The position numbers were made by a program, and so were the translations under genes. DNA of 64,000 bases from Candidatus Cloacimonadales bacterium (GTDB taxonomy: Bacteria > Cloacimonadota > Cloacimonadia > Cloacimonadales > JAIOQZ01): the NCBI GenBank assembly GCA_963665815.1, contig OY762463.1, forward strand, positions 96,001-160,000, given 5' to 3'. Shown in pieces: positions 1-9,836 of this stretch; position 1 is the stretch's first letter, and each line of letters starts with the position of its first letter. Under the pieces are notes generated by a model. It saw nothing but the letters and a program-made list of their open reading frames with translations, did no database searches and was not told where the DNA came from.

Positions 1-285
1 GACAGATGGTGTAGAGAAAATAATCGCAATCCGATCTCTCACAGAATCAGAAGAATCAACAACGATAAAAACAAAGGCTTGAGAATAGAGAGAACTGATA
101 CTGTAATTGAAACTGGCAAAGTTCAATTTCCTGATGGTCAGGATACTCCAACTCTTATCAATCAATTTCTAACTTATCCGGATGGATACGTGGATGGACC
201 CGATGCTCTCGCAGGTTGCCTTGAACGCTTTCCTGAATATGATTGCGGAAGAAACAGAGTCAAAGTAAGGAGTTTTTCCTTTTGA
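1..285 (+). CDS. Phage terminase large subunit, C-terminal nuclease part (5' partial)
   Basis: Frame 1 is open from base 1 (DRWCRENN...); LINQFLTYPDGYVDGPDALAG resembles the terminase C-terminal D-x-x-D-A motif; precedes the minor head gene. Confidence 0.75.
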   Translation, partial: DRWCRENNRNPISHRIRRINNDKNKGLRIERTDTVIETGKVQFPDGQDTPTLINQFLTYPDGYVDGPDALAGCLERFPEYDCGRNRVKVRSFSF

Positions 286-1172
286 ATTATTTTGATCGAT
301 TGATGTTTGAATACTACAGAGTACTCAACAATTCCTGGAAGAAGGAAATCAAAGACTCTGCAAAGCAAGCGATACAGATGCTATCTGATATTCCAAAGTC
401 TGAAAGGCTAAATAAACGTCATATTGATGATATTATGCAAGTAATCAACTCAAACCTTAGCGAAGACTTTTCATCGCTTGTACGGCAGGATACAAAGGCA
501 TTCATACAAAGAAATCTTATGCTTGGTCTCAATGATGTTGAAAAGCAGGTTCCACACAATACTTCAATTGGTTTGTATGGGATAAAAGAAAGAAAGCTTG
601 AAACTCTGATCACAAAGCAGAATCTTTTCTGGATTGGTAACAAATACGGAACTGATATTGAAACCGGATTTAAGCAAACTTTGAAAGAAGCTGTTTCTTC
701 AGGATATACAAGAGAAATGTTAACTGATAAACTAATAGAGCAGTTTCAGCATCTTGGAGAGAAATCACAACATTACTGGCAGGGATTAGCTGAACACACA
801 GCTCTAAGGGTTAGAGAATTTGGAAGATTAGAAGGCTATAACAAAGCTGGAGCGAAAGGCTATAGATTAGTAGTAATTCTGGATGGAAGAACTTCTGAAA
901 TTTGCAGAGCATTAGCAGCTCAGAATAAAGTTTATCCTCTTAATGAGGCAATTGATACGATGCAGGAATTAATGAATATTGATACCCAAAAGCATTCATT
1001 GGAATCCGTAAGAGAAATGACTAAAGAAATGGCACCGTGGGTTTCTGATAAGCAAATAGTAAGAAACTCCAACGGTGCTCCCATTGGAGTTTCTGGAAAT
1101 CATACTCCGTTTCCACCCTTTCACTGGAAGTGTAGGACAACTACGGAGATAAGCTTCAATTTAAATACTTAA
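282..1172 (+). CDS. Phage minor head protein (SPP1 gp7 / Mu gpF-like)
   Basis: DGRTSEIC and PPFHWKCRTT motifs; probable TTG start at 282 after a TAAGGAG RBS (ORF track starts at 243). Confidence 0.85.
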   Translation: MNYFDRLMFEYYRVLNNSWKKEIKDSAKQAIQMLSDIPKSERLNKRHIDDIMQVINSNLSEDFSSLVRQDTKAFIQRNLMLGLNDVEKQVPHNTSIGLYGIKERKLETLITKQNLFWIGNKYGTDIETGFKQTLKEAVSSGYTREMLTDKLIEQFQHLGEKSQHYWQGLAEHTALRVREFGRLEGYNKAGAKGYRLVVILDGRTSEICRALAAQNKVYPLNEAIDTMQELMNIDTQKHSLESVREMTKEMAPWVSDKQIVRNSNGAPIGVSGNHTPFPPFHWKCRTTTEISFNLNT

Positions 1173-1183
1173 TCAATATCATG

Positions 1184-2149
1184 TTATGCTTTGAAATTGA
1201 TACATTTTTGTATTCCTTTCTCTATTGAAGAAAAATGTGTACAAAGTTTATCGTAATACTTCTTAATGCCATGTTCGAGAAAATGGAACGAGATTTCAGG
1301 TACTATTTCCTTAATCAAAGAATTATCTGCTTCAAATTTTTCTACATCATAACTTCTAGCTTCTAAAATATTAATTTTTGATTTTTTCCCCACAATATGT
1401 TCTATTGTTTCAATTAATTTATAAAGAGAACTTGCATTCCCTGGTGCAATATGAAAACACATGGATTTGATTCTTTTAGTATTTACAATTTCTTCTAGTT
1501 TTCTGAATACTAAAAGAAAATCATCAATAAAAGTAAAATCTATTAACTGACCACCACCCTCAATATTAACAATCTGATTATTAAGTATGGATTTCATAAA
1601 TGATGGTACTACTCTACCAGGAATATCATGTATCGAACCATAAATATTTGATAATCTCATAATTAAAAGCTGTGAATTGTAAATTTTTGAATAACTAATC
1701 CATAAATTTTCTGAAATTAATTTTGAGTGACCATAAATATTTATAGGTTCTTTATCGCAATCTTCAGAAACATTTCTTCCTTTTTCCCCATAAACTTCTC
1801 TGCTACTAGCAAAAATAATCCAAGGTGTTTTACTACACGATTTGATAGCATTTATTATGTTCTTAGTTCCTTCAATATTGGTCTGTATACATTTTTCTTT
1901 ATTAAGTTCGGCCTCTACGACTCTTGATACAGCTGCAAGATGAACAACTCCATCAGGATTTAATTTTGGTATAATCGACATACATTGATTGTAGTCACAT
2001 ATATCTAAACTAACAAAATCAGACTTTCTTCTGTTTATTTTTCTTTCTTTAATATCTAAGGAGATATAATTGTTTTCATCACCAAACTTCTGTAAAATTT
2101 CAGTTCCTAAAACACCTTCTCCACCAATTAATAATATTTTCTTTTTCAT
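1184..2149 (-). CDS. NAD-dependent epimerase/dehydratase (extended SDR)
   Basis: GGEGVLG Rossmann motif, HLAA, ASSREVYG, catalytic YGHSK. Confidence 0.9.
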   Translation of the reverse strand: MKKKILLIGGEGVLGTEILQKFGDENNYISLDIKERKINRRKSDFVSLDICDYNQCMSIIPKLNPDGVVHLAAVSRVVEAELNKEKCIQTNIEGTKNIINAIKSCSKTPWIIFASSREVYGEKGRNVSEDCDKEPINIYGHSKLISENLWISYSKIYNSQLLIMRLSNIYGSIHDIPGRVVPSFMKSILNNQIVNIEGGGQLIDFTFIDDFLLVFRKLEEIVNTKRIKSMCFHIAPGNASSLYKLIETIEHIVGKKSKINILEARSYDVEKFEADNSLIKEIVPEISFHFLEHGIKKYYDKLCTHFSSIEKGIQKCINFKA

Positions 2150-5142
2150 TAACCATTAAACTCCGTAATTTTTTCTTGATAAATATGTTCTAATCCATAA
2201 TCAGCTAATACTTGATAAAAATCTCTGTTAATATAATTAATAGCTCGTGAAAAACCTATTGCCAAATCATTTAACAAATCCTTATTATAAGTAGTTTTTT
2301 TTATCTCTGTTTTATAATATTGGACTAATCTTTTAATGCCTTTTTCTGTCGCAAATAAGCCATATACATACGCAATATCTCCTTTTACATGGAGGTGTTC
2401 ATCTGTAAAAAATAATTTTAATAAAAGTTCCGATAATTCTATAAAATTCGTTCTGCTTAGAGCTTTTAACTCTTCTAAAAATAATATAGTGATACACTTA
2501 TGCCATTTAATATTTGATTTTAGTGCCTTTTTTATTGTATTCAAGACTCTTCTTTCATTACTAAGATTTATTATTGGTGTATTTGTACTTTTGTTTAATT
2601 TTTCTAAATATGTGTTTCTTAGTATATCTAAAGATAGATCACTTTTGCAAATCTTTTTCGTACAATTTAGAAGAAAAATAAAATCATCTTCCTGACAATA
2701 TTCTCTATTGATAGATCGTAAAATTCTTGACCATTCGTTCTCTTCAACAAGATCATGTATATGATTCTTCTTCACAAAGAAAACATCAATTTTATCTTTT
2801 AAAGAATCAAGAGTTCTTCTTCTTAGGTAAGAGATTTCTTCGTTTTGTTGCTCCTTTAATAAAGAAACGTATATGCTTTTAAGCATATCTACACTATTAT
2901 TGTCTGTTTGGTATCCCAATGCCAGTACAACTGTAGTTCTTTTCTCTATTGAATAAGTTGAAAATGATGTAAACAAAACTTCTCTTACAATATAAGGAAG
3001 ATTACCTAATGTTGCTGATGTTTTATTACGTGTCCAAATAGAACAATTTTTTAAAAGTTCATTAATCAATTCTTTAAGATTACTTTTTGTATACTTATAT
3101 CCTAGTTGAATTGACTGAGCAGCACAAAATGGATTATTTTTACATAATTTTTGAAATATATCTTCACTTTTCACAAAAATAGTAACGTATTTAGCTATTG
3201 TATACAACCATTCATTATCTCTACTTATAGAAATAATTTCATCAATATCACTTATATAATAATGAAAATAAACGGTAATTAATCGGAAGGCATTTGTATT
3301 ATGTGACACTCGTATTGGTGTATTTCTTCCTCCATCTTGCCTTATAGTTTTGGTTCTAATAAGAATCTTTAAAATTATGGTTAGCAAATCTTTTGTATTA
3401 GCTTCCGGATGCTCTTTTCTTAGAAATTGTTCAATATAAGGTTCATTGAAAGAGAAAGCTCTAAAATCTTTATAAAGCTTAAAAAAAAGTTTTGAAATAA
3501 GGCATAATATGTATAAACTACTTTTGTCATCATTAAAGACTTCACGATCTTTAAAAATAGTGAAAACAGGTTTTAGGAGGCATTGGTTAATTTCATTATT
3601 AAATTTTGATATTTCATCCATAATATTTTTTAAGATAAAGAAATCTATCTCCGAAGTTGATGATGGGAATCTTTTATGTTTATTCTTAAATAATCGAACA
3701 TTATGTATAGAAATTGGGTCTCCAGTTAAATTAAGATCTTTATTTAACTTAAATCTGTTTTCAATTTCAATATCAGAACAGTTATTAATGGAATATGGTT
3801 CTAATAGTAAGACTAATATTGAAGTATCAGTAATAAATCTTTTAATTTTTTCAACATTATCATTTTGACAGAGAGCAATAAATCTAATTTTTAACTCTAC
3901 AAGATCATTCAGTATTTTCTTAAGTAATTCATCGTTGTGAAAATCATCAATGAAGTCTAGGACAATAACTATGGAATGCTTTTTAATAAATTCATCTATT
4001 GTAGCATTACTAATAAAATCAGTAATGAAATAGCGCCATTTTTTTATGTTATTAAAGATAATATTTTGAGATTTATCATATTGCTCAATTTTTTTTACAT
4101 TTAAATAAAACCATATACTTCTTTCTTGTTGACTATTGGCAACAAGCGACAAATACTTTCCTGATATAGTTTTTCCATAGCCATGTTGTGCTGTAATTAT
4201 TATTGATCTTGAATCGTGAATTATGTTCTCTATTTTATAAGGGTGCTGATGAAGAGTTTTAAATGAGGGATACCATACATCATCAACACTTTCTAAAAAA
4301 CTATCTTTCTGAAAACTAACTTTCTCACGATCAATAATTTTGCTTCTAACTGATGCTATATCGATATTTAAAGGGACTGCAAAAAAAGTGTAGTTTTTAC
4401 CTTTTATTGAATATGGATAAATTGATACATTTTCATGGTGAAGTTGAAAATTTGTTTCATTATAAACCTGAACCAAGATTTCAGTAAAGACTTTTTCTAA
4501 TTCTGTTTTTGGATGTCGTGGTTTTACTAAATTAGATTCATTAGTAATAAATTTTGAAAGAGCAATTGAGTACGGTGACTTATCAATATCCTTAAATCCA
4601 CCTTGGGCAAAATTACCATGAGTTGTTGAAGTAACTAACATTAGTGATTCAAAAGCAACTGATTTCCTTTTTAATAATGTCTGTAATGAGTCACGACCTG
4701 CAACTTTTGTTAATAGTTGATTTCTACATACATCGAGAACAATGATTACATTTCCACTATAACTTATTTGTATATTATCAATTACATCAGCTATAGATAT
4801 GCCAGATAATCTGTTACCTTCAGCATAAACAGAATCATCACTTTGAATAAAAATTTCTTCACCTTCAATTCCATATCCATGTCCTACAATATATAGAAAT
4901 ATTAACTCATTACCTGATTGATCGGCATGTCTCGCTGCACTTGATATTAAGTGAATTAAGTCTTCTCTCTTATTAATCAATACTGGATAATCTTCATGGT
5001 AGGTCCACATCGGGAAAAATGAACTTCTTTCTACGCTTTTAAAACTATTGAGAATAATATCAGCACTTGGATAAGCTGAAATCAAGGGCTCGAAGTTATT
5101 TTCATAACTCATTGCAACAAAAAGAGCATATCCTTTTTTCAT
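2149..5142 (-). CDS. Caspase-like (C14) protease fused to a NACHT/STAND-like NTPase and HEAT-like repeats
   Basis: FLYIVGHG (His88) and VLDVCRN (Cys139) dyad; Walker A-like AQHGYGKT (318-325), Walker B-like IVIVLDFIDD; C-terminal RNKTSATLG, RTTVVLALG, KGDIAYVYG helical repeats. Confidence 0.75.
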   Translation of the reverse strand: MKKGYALFVAMSYENNFEPLISAYPSADIILNSFKSVERSSFFPMWTYHEDYPVLINKREDLIHLISSAARHADQSGNELIFLYIVGHGYGIEGEEIFIQSDDSVYAEGNRLSGISIADVIDNIQISYSGNVIIVLDVCRNQLLTKVAGRDSLQTLLKRKSVAFESLMLVTSTTHGNFAQGGFKDIDKSPYSIALSKFITNESNLVKPRHPKTELEKVFTEILVQVYNETNFQLHHENVSIYPYSIKGKNYTFFAVPLNIDIASVRSKIIDREKVSFQKDSFLESVDDVWYPSFKTLHQHPYKIENIIHDSRSIIITAQHGYGKTISGKYLSLVANSQQERSIWFYLNVKKIEQYDKSQNIIFNNIKKWRYFITDFISNATIDEFIKKHSIVIVLDFIDDFHNDELLKKILNDLVELKIRFIALCQNDNVEKIKRFITDTSILVLLLEPYSINNCSDIEIENRFKLNKDLNLTGDPISIHNVRLFKNKHKRFPSSTSEIDFFILKNIMDEISKFNNEINQCLLKPVFTIFKDREVFNDDKSSLYILCLISKLFFKLYKDFRAFSFNEPYIEQFLRKEHPEANTKDLLTIILKILIRTKTIRQDGGRNTPIRVSHNTNAFRLITVYFHYYISDIDEIISISRDNEWLYTIAKYVTIFVKSEDIFQKLCKNNPFCAAQSIQLGYKYTKSNLKELINELLKNCSIWTRNKTSATLGNLPYIVREVLFTSFSTYSIEKRTTVVLALGYQTDNNSVDMLKSIYVSLLKEQQNEEISYLRRRTLDSLKDKIDVFFVKKNHIHDLVEENEWSRILRSINREYCQEDDFIFLLNCTKKICKSDLSLDILRNTYLEKLNKSTNTPIINLSNERRVLNTIKKALKSNIKWHKCITILFLEELKALSRTNFIELSELLLKLFFTDEHLHVKGDIAYVYGLFATEKGIKRLVQYYKTEIKKTTYNKDLLNDLAIGFSRAINYINRDFYQVLADYGLEHIYQEKITEFNG

Positions 5143-5150
5143 ATTAAAAC

Positions 5151-5465
5151 TCAGGAGTTTGTAAATTCAAGTTCAATAGCACCATCAACCTGTCCTGAAA
5201 CTATTACAATCTCACCTTTCATTGAAAACCCTAGTTTTATCGTTACTTTAGATAATTTTCTAGTAGAATTTTTTGTAACATTACTACTTTCAATATTTGC
5301 AATTAATGGAGCAATTAAATCATTTAACTGGTTCTGTATTTCTTCAATCTTGATTTTAACGAATTCATTTTTTTTTCTTCCATACGTTCTTGAAGTCGAG
5401 AAAGTTTCTTGTTTTTCTGTGATATCTGTCTGTATAGCTTTTACAATTATACTCTGATCAGTCAT
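5151..5465 (-). CDS. Pepco/Trypco-like peptidase-co-occurring small protein
   Basis: Helix followed by LSKVTIKLGFSMKGEIVIVSGQVDGAIELEF strands; immediately upstream of a caspase gene. Confidence 0.7.
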   Translation of the reverse strand: MTDQSIIVKAIQTDITEKQETFSTSRTYGRKKNEFVKIKIEEIQNQLNDLIAPLIANIESSNVTKNSTRKLSKVTIKLGFSMKGEIVIVSGQVDGAIELEFTNS

Positions 5466-5499
5466 AATCTTTCCTCCTACTTAGATTGATTTTATTTTG

Positions 5500-6090
5500 C
5501 TACTTAATATATTTTGCTTCTTTTAACAAACAAATTATTGCTTCCATTTGAATGTGACGATATTTATTACAACTATTTGATTCTGTTTTTAATTTACCCG
5601 TAATCGAGTCAAAAGTTATGAAATGAATTTTATTTTTTCTTGCAAATGCTTCAAGAATATGATTTTTTCCCAATAAATCAAACAAGCCAGTTTGATTAGG
5701 ATTAACAAAATCATTATAATAATTATTTTTATTCCTAGTATTTATCCTTTCTATGTTTTTCTCAATATCACTTGATATGCATTTAAAGATTAGGACTTCA
5801 ACTCTTTTTAAGGTTTTCACCAAATCAATGAATCTAGTTTTTGATGATCTAAAATCAAAACATCCATCGAGAACAATGTCTATAGGTAAATTCTTTATTA
5901 GATTTAAGTGTTGAAACAGTAAGTCATACCTATTATATCTTTTAGATTCAATAATATTGCCAGCCATATCATGAGCTTTGCCATACTGGCTAGGAGATAA
6001 ATATAACAAATTAAATCTCGTACTAATCAATTGCGAAATGGATGTTTTGTAGGAACCAGGCATACCATACAACAGAATTATACTATTCAT
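5500..6090 (-). CDS. P-loop small-molecule/nucleotide kinase-like protein (AAA_33-like)
   Basis: IILLYGMPGSYKTS Walker A variant, IVLDGCF, ERINTR lid; likely start MNSII at 6090 overlapping the upstream stop. Confidence 0.7.
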   Translation of the reverse strand: MNSIILLYGMPGSYKTSISQLISTRFNLLYLSPSQYGKAHDMAGNIIESKRYNRYDLLFQHLNLIKNLPIDIVLDGCFDFRSSKTRFIDLVKTLKRVEVLIFKCISSDIEKNIERINTRNKNNYYNDFVNPNQTGLFDLLGKNHILEAFARKNKIHFITFDSITGKLKTESNSCNKYRHIQMEAIICLLKEAKYIK

Positions 6091-6829
6091 TTTTAATAAA
6101 CCTTTGTAACGACCATTTCTGTTCATAAGTTAATATGTTATCTGTTAGCGAAAAAATAACTTTATTTCTGGAATCATTCATTGAGCTAATCAACCAGCTT
6201 GTAAATTCGCGTATTTGAGAAAACTCGTCAGATTTATTAAAATACTCGAAAATATTTATCTTCCTTATATGATAACTTACTTTATTATAATCAAGAACCC
6301 ATTTGCTAGAATTAAATAAAGACTCTATTTCTCTCTCTGTGTATACGCTTTTTCTTAAAGGTTGAATGTGTTTTTTCAGCTTTATCAGTATGTTTTTAGA
6401 GAACTCATCCTCTGGAGAAACAAAATGATGAGATAAAATAACACAATCATTACTTATTGCTAATCTATCTATTTCTTTGAGTAACTCTTCCATCTCAGAG
6501 GGTGTAAAATATTGTAGTAATTGTCTAATTAAAAAAAAAGATGTGGAGTTATCAATAATAGGAATATCCCTGACGTCTGAGCAAATCGATTTCAAATTAT
6601 TATTACTATACCTTTTACACATTTCTGATGAACAGTCAATCCCAATAATATTCTTAGTCTTCAATTTTTTGCTTATGATACCAGTTCCACAACCTAACTC
6701 TAAAATCAAGCCTTTTAAGTCAGGTAACCCATGGATAAAAATATCTAATAACTCTTTATCTTGTCTCCATGATGTTTCAACATCATATTGTTCTGCAAGT
6801 TGGTTAAAATGATTAATAATTTTTTGCAT
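6083..6829 (-). CDS. Class I SAM-dependent methyltransferase
   Basis: ILELGCGTG motif I, IGIDCS motif II. Confidence 0.9.
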   Translation of the reverse strand: MQKIINHFNQLAEQYDVETSWRQDKELLDIFIHGLPDLKGLILELGCGTGIISKKLKTKNIIGIDCSSEMCKRYSNNNLKSICSDVRDIPIIDNSTSFFLIRQLLQYFTPSEMEELLKEIDRLAISNDCVILSHHFVSPEDEFSKNILIKLKKHIQPLRKSVYTEREIESLFNSSKWVLDYNKVSYHIRKINIFEYFNKSDEFSQIREFTSWLISSMNDSRNKVIFSLTDNILTYEQKWSLQRFIKNE

Positions 6830-8084
6830 TTTCTAATATATCCACTGTTGATGATACTGTGCCATCAGTATCTATTTTGAATAAAGGATTATTTGCATTC
6901 TGTTTTACAAAAACAGATGGTGCATTTGATGTTGAGATTCCAGTAAGATTCGCTGATTGCTCGTGAATGACATTAAACGTGAAATAACTCTTTTTATTAA
7001 TTCCCTGAACCATTTCAAAGACTCTTGCTCCTTTAAATAGAATAAGTGTACAACCAAGCAATAAAGCTATCAATTCATCACTGAATTCAAGAGGACTAAT
7101 ACCGCTTCCTTTGGGTCCATTCTTAAAAACATTAAATCTTCCATTAAGCTGTTCTTTTAATTTATTGAAACTATGCATTTCTAGTATATCAATTGCATCA
7201 AAATAAGAAAAATCATTTGCATATTGTCCGTTTCTTGGCACCAGGGTTATCTCAAGTGTTGAGTTAAACTCTAAAAGGTTTAAAATGATTTTCATGTCAA
7301 AAATTGATTCTATATAATCATCTGTAAAAAATACAAGTTTTGTATTAGGTTGTGACACATCATGTAAAAAATCATTAATGTGATCGATAACAAAGTTGTC
7401 GTTCAGTTTTTTTAACATCAAGTCTTCTATTGTAGAGTTAGAAATCTTCTTTCCATTATCAAAAAATTTAATAATGTTATCAGTAGTTAGCTTTGATGGT
7501 ATACAAGATTTATAAGAATTTTTAACATCATATCCAACCGTCCCAGAGATTACAGAGAATCTGATTTGATCTTTTAAGGGTAATGAGTCCATAGTATTTA
7601 ACATATGAAAACATACATTTTTTCCTAACTCATTAAAATCTTTATTAATGTGGATGGGAAAAAATTGATCAGAAAAAAGAACTATCTTAACTATTCTATT
7701 AATAATATCAGTTGTTTGCTGTATAGATGCAATATCTATAACAGAACTATTATATTCAGTAATTTTGTAAGTCAAAATTTCAACAATAAGGTTTCCTAAC
7801 TCATCAGAATCATAATAGTCATAAGCAATTGTCTCTGTATCCAATAGTGAGTTGTAAAAGTCTTTAACCAATGTTACTATCCAAATTTTAAAGTTCTCTT
7901 TATCATCCTTTTCATGCAAATTATTGAATTTATTGCTAACTGTAATTGTACCTGGGAGAAAAAATTCACTAATTAAACTTGTTGATGATGTGTTTTTCTT
8001 ATTATAAATTAGGTAATCATATACTTCTATGGCATATTCTTCGATATTGTTTGATTTACTTTTTATTCTTGCTTTTTGTTTCAT
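6813..8084 (-). CDS. DUF89/ARMT1-like metal-dependent phosphatase with N-terminal extension
   Basis: FFTDDYIESIFD, PRNGQYANDFS and LFKGARVFEM match the DUF89 D-x-x-x-E..D, P..ND and KG..E motifs. Confidence 0.7.
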   Translation of the reverse strand: MKQKARIKSKSNNIEEYAIEVYDYLIYNKKNTSSTSLISEFFLPGTITVSNKFNNLHEKDDKENFKIWIVTLVKDFYNSLLDTETIAYDYYDSDELGNLIVEILTYKITEYNSSVIDIASIQQTTDIINRIVKIVLFSDQFFPIHINKDFNELGKNVCFHMLNTMDSLPLKDQIRFSVISGTVGYDVKNSYKSCIPSKLTTDNIIKFFDNGKKISNSTIEDLMLKKLNDNFVIDHINDFLHDVSQPNTKLVFFTDDYIESIFDMKIILNLLEFNSTLEITLVPRNGQYANDFSYFDAIDILEMHSFNKLKEQLNGRFNVFKNGPKGSGISPLEFSDELIALLLGCTLILFKGARVFEMVQGINKKSYFTFNVIHEQSANLTGISTSNAPSVFVKQNANNPLFKIDTDGTVSSTVDILENAKNY

Positions 8085-8143
8085 AATTTTTAAGCTCCTT
8101 TCCTACAAAATTTCGTTACATATTTATTAGTTACTTATTTTGT

Positions 8144-8824
8144 TCATCTATCACTATAATCACCTGACATTATTATAGGTAAATGTCCCAAATCTCTTAA
8201 ATATTGTACAACTCGATGACCTTCATATTCGACTTCATAAACAGTAACTCCAGAGAATTTTGATATATGTTTGGCATGAATTTGGTCAAGTCTATGGTTA
8301 TTTGATACAAATATAGATATTTCTTTCTTATTGTGCATTGATTCATGAAACAGTGGTTTTAAATCCCAGATTTTCTTCTTGAAAAGACTACATTTATAAG
8401 TATTAATTTTTTGGGTTATCCAGCGTAAATCTTTGTTTTTTATCATTAAGTGTGGAGATAAAAACGTCTGAGGTGAAAATGCAATCACCTTACCCATTTT
8501 CAATAAAAGCGAAAACAAAATTGCTGCATATCCTCCCATAGAATTACCAACAAAGATAACTTCATTTGGGGTTATTGCTTCAATTTGCTTAAATAAAAAT
8601 GCTTTCATTGATTCAATGTCATTTGCAACATCAATAATGCCATTTTGATACCAACATTGTGAAAAATCTCGAATAAATATTTTGTTTTCATCAAGGATTC
8701 TTGAGGCACTATAGAATTCAAATGGTGGCATAGCAATACCAGCATTTAATCCTCCAAAAAAAACAAACAGTTTTTTGCTTTCTTTATGTAACTCAATTTC
8801 AACTGATTTTCTACTATTTTTCAT
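8144..8824 (-). CDS. Alpha/beta hydrolase
   Basis: GNSMGG nucleophile elbow, AFSPQT, candidate Asp (RLD) and His (EGH). Confidence 0.85.
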   Translation of the reverse strand: MKNSRKSVEIELHKESKKLFVFFGGLNAGIAMPPFEFYSASRILDENKIFIRDFSQCWYQNGIIDVANDIESMKAFLFKQIEAITPNEVIFVGNSMGGYAAILFSLLLKMGKVIAFSPQTFLSPHLMIKNKDLRWITQKINTYKCSLFKKKIWDLKPLFHESMHNKKEISIFVSNNHRLDQIHAKHISKFSGVTVYEVEYEGHRVVQYLRDLGHLPIIMSGDYSDR

Positions 8825-8982
8825 TTCTACTTAGTAGTCTCCTTACCTCTCTTAAAATAAAAATTTACGAGTAACTATACTTGTCAATTTATATATTTAT
8901 TGAAATCAATTTCCCATTTTCTCTCTTAACTCTCCACAACTCGGTTTGATCTATTTACCCCGCATAGTTTTATTACCTCATT

Positions 8983-9381
8983 ATGAGAAAAAATAAAAAT
9001 GACGTGTCCGGCTTTATGACGGATTGGAAAGAGATTAACTTCTTTGAAGAGCATGAGTTTGAATGCTCTTGTTGTGGAATAGTAATTATTTCAAAGAAAC
9101 TTGTTTTGATGCTAGATTTAGCTCGTGAGTTATCAGAAACAGCCTTTGTTATTACAAGCGGATACAGATGCAAAAAACACAACAAGGAAGTTGGTGGAGT
9201 TAGGAGTTCATCTCACTTGAAGGGATTTGCCGTAGATATTGCTGTTCCTGATAATATTACTCGTCTTAAAATCCTCAGAGGATTAATCATTGCCGGATTC
9301 CGAAGAATAGGCATTGGAAAAGACTTTATCCATGTAGATATTGATCCTACAAAACCAAATAACATCTGGTTGTACAAATGA
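8983..9381 (+). CDS. Peptidase M15A family endolysin
   Basis: EFECSCCG, TSGYRC..HN..VGG..SSHLKG.AVDI, GIG..FIHVD. Confidence 0.9.
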   Translation: MRKNKNDVSGFMTDWKEINFFEEHEFECSCCGIVIISKKLVLMLDLARELSETAFVITSGYRCKKHNKEVGGVRSSSHLKGFAVDIAVPDNITRLKILRGLIIAGFRRIGIGKDFIHVDIDPTKPNNIWLYK

Positions 9382-9836
9382 TACCTGTAACCACTGAAAC
9401 AACTCTCAAAATCCTCAATCTCAATTCAGATGAAAGAATCCTTTCTCTCTTTGAAGAACATTCTGATATTGTTATGCTTTGGCTAAAAAGGGTAACTGAT
9501 GAATCGATCTGGACAGAAATCAAAGAAGGAACTGCTGAAGCTGATATTCTCAATGTTTATAAGTTTGCCTATTGCTACTATTTACTGTCTTCAACTATAG
9601 AATTTCTCAACTTAAAGACCATCGGAGAAGGCATTATCAAAACAACCGGAATCGATCAGCAATCAACAGAGCTGCTCTCCGGTATTGAGATCAAATCATT
9701 CAAAAATCAATTAGAAATCAAAGCTCTGGAACTCATTTCAGAACATATCAATGCTGATGGATTTGATCGTCTTCGTGAACTGAAACTTGGTACATCCAAG
9801 CTTAAACAAACCAGAACCAGAGCTACTGTAATATGA
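9378..9836 (+). CDS. Phage hypothetical protein, possible head-tail connector
   Basis: ATGA-coupled within the phage late operon; helical, 152 aa. Confidence 0.5.
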   Translation: MIPVTTETTLKILNLNSDERILSLFEEHSDIVMLWLKRVTDESIWTEIKEGTAEADILNVYKFAYCYYLLSSTIEFLNLKTIGEGIIKTTGIDQQSTELLSGIEIKSFKNQLEIKALELISEHINADGFDRLRELKLGTSKLKQTRTRATVI

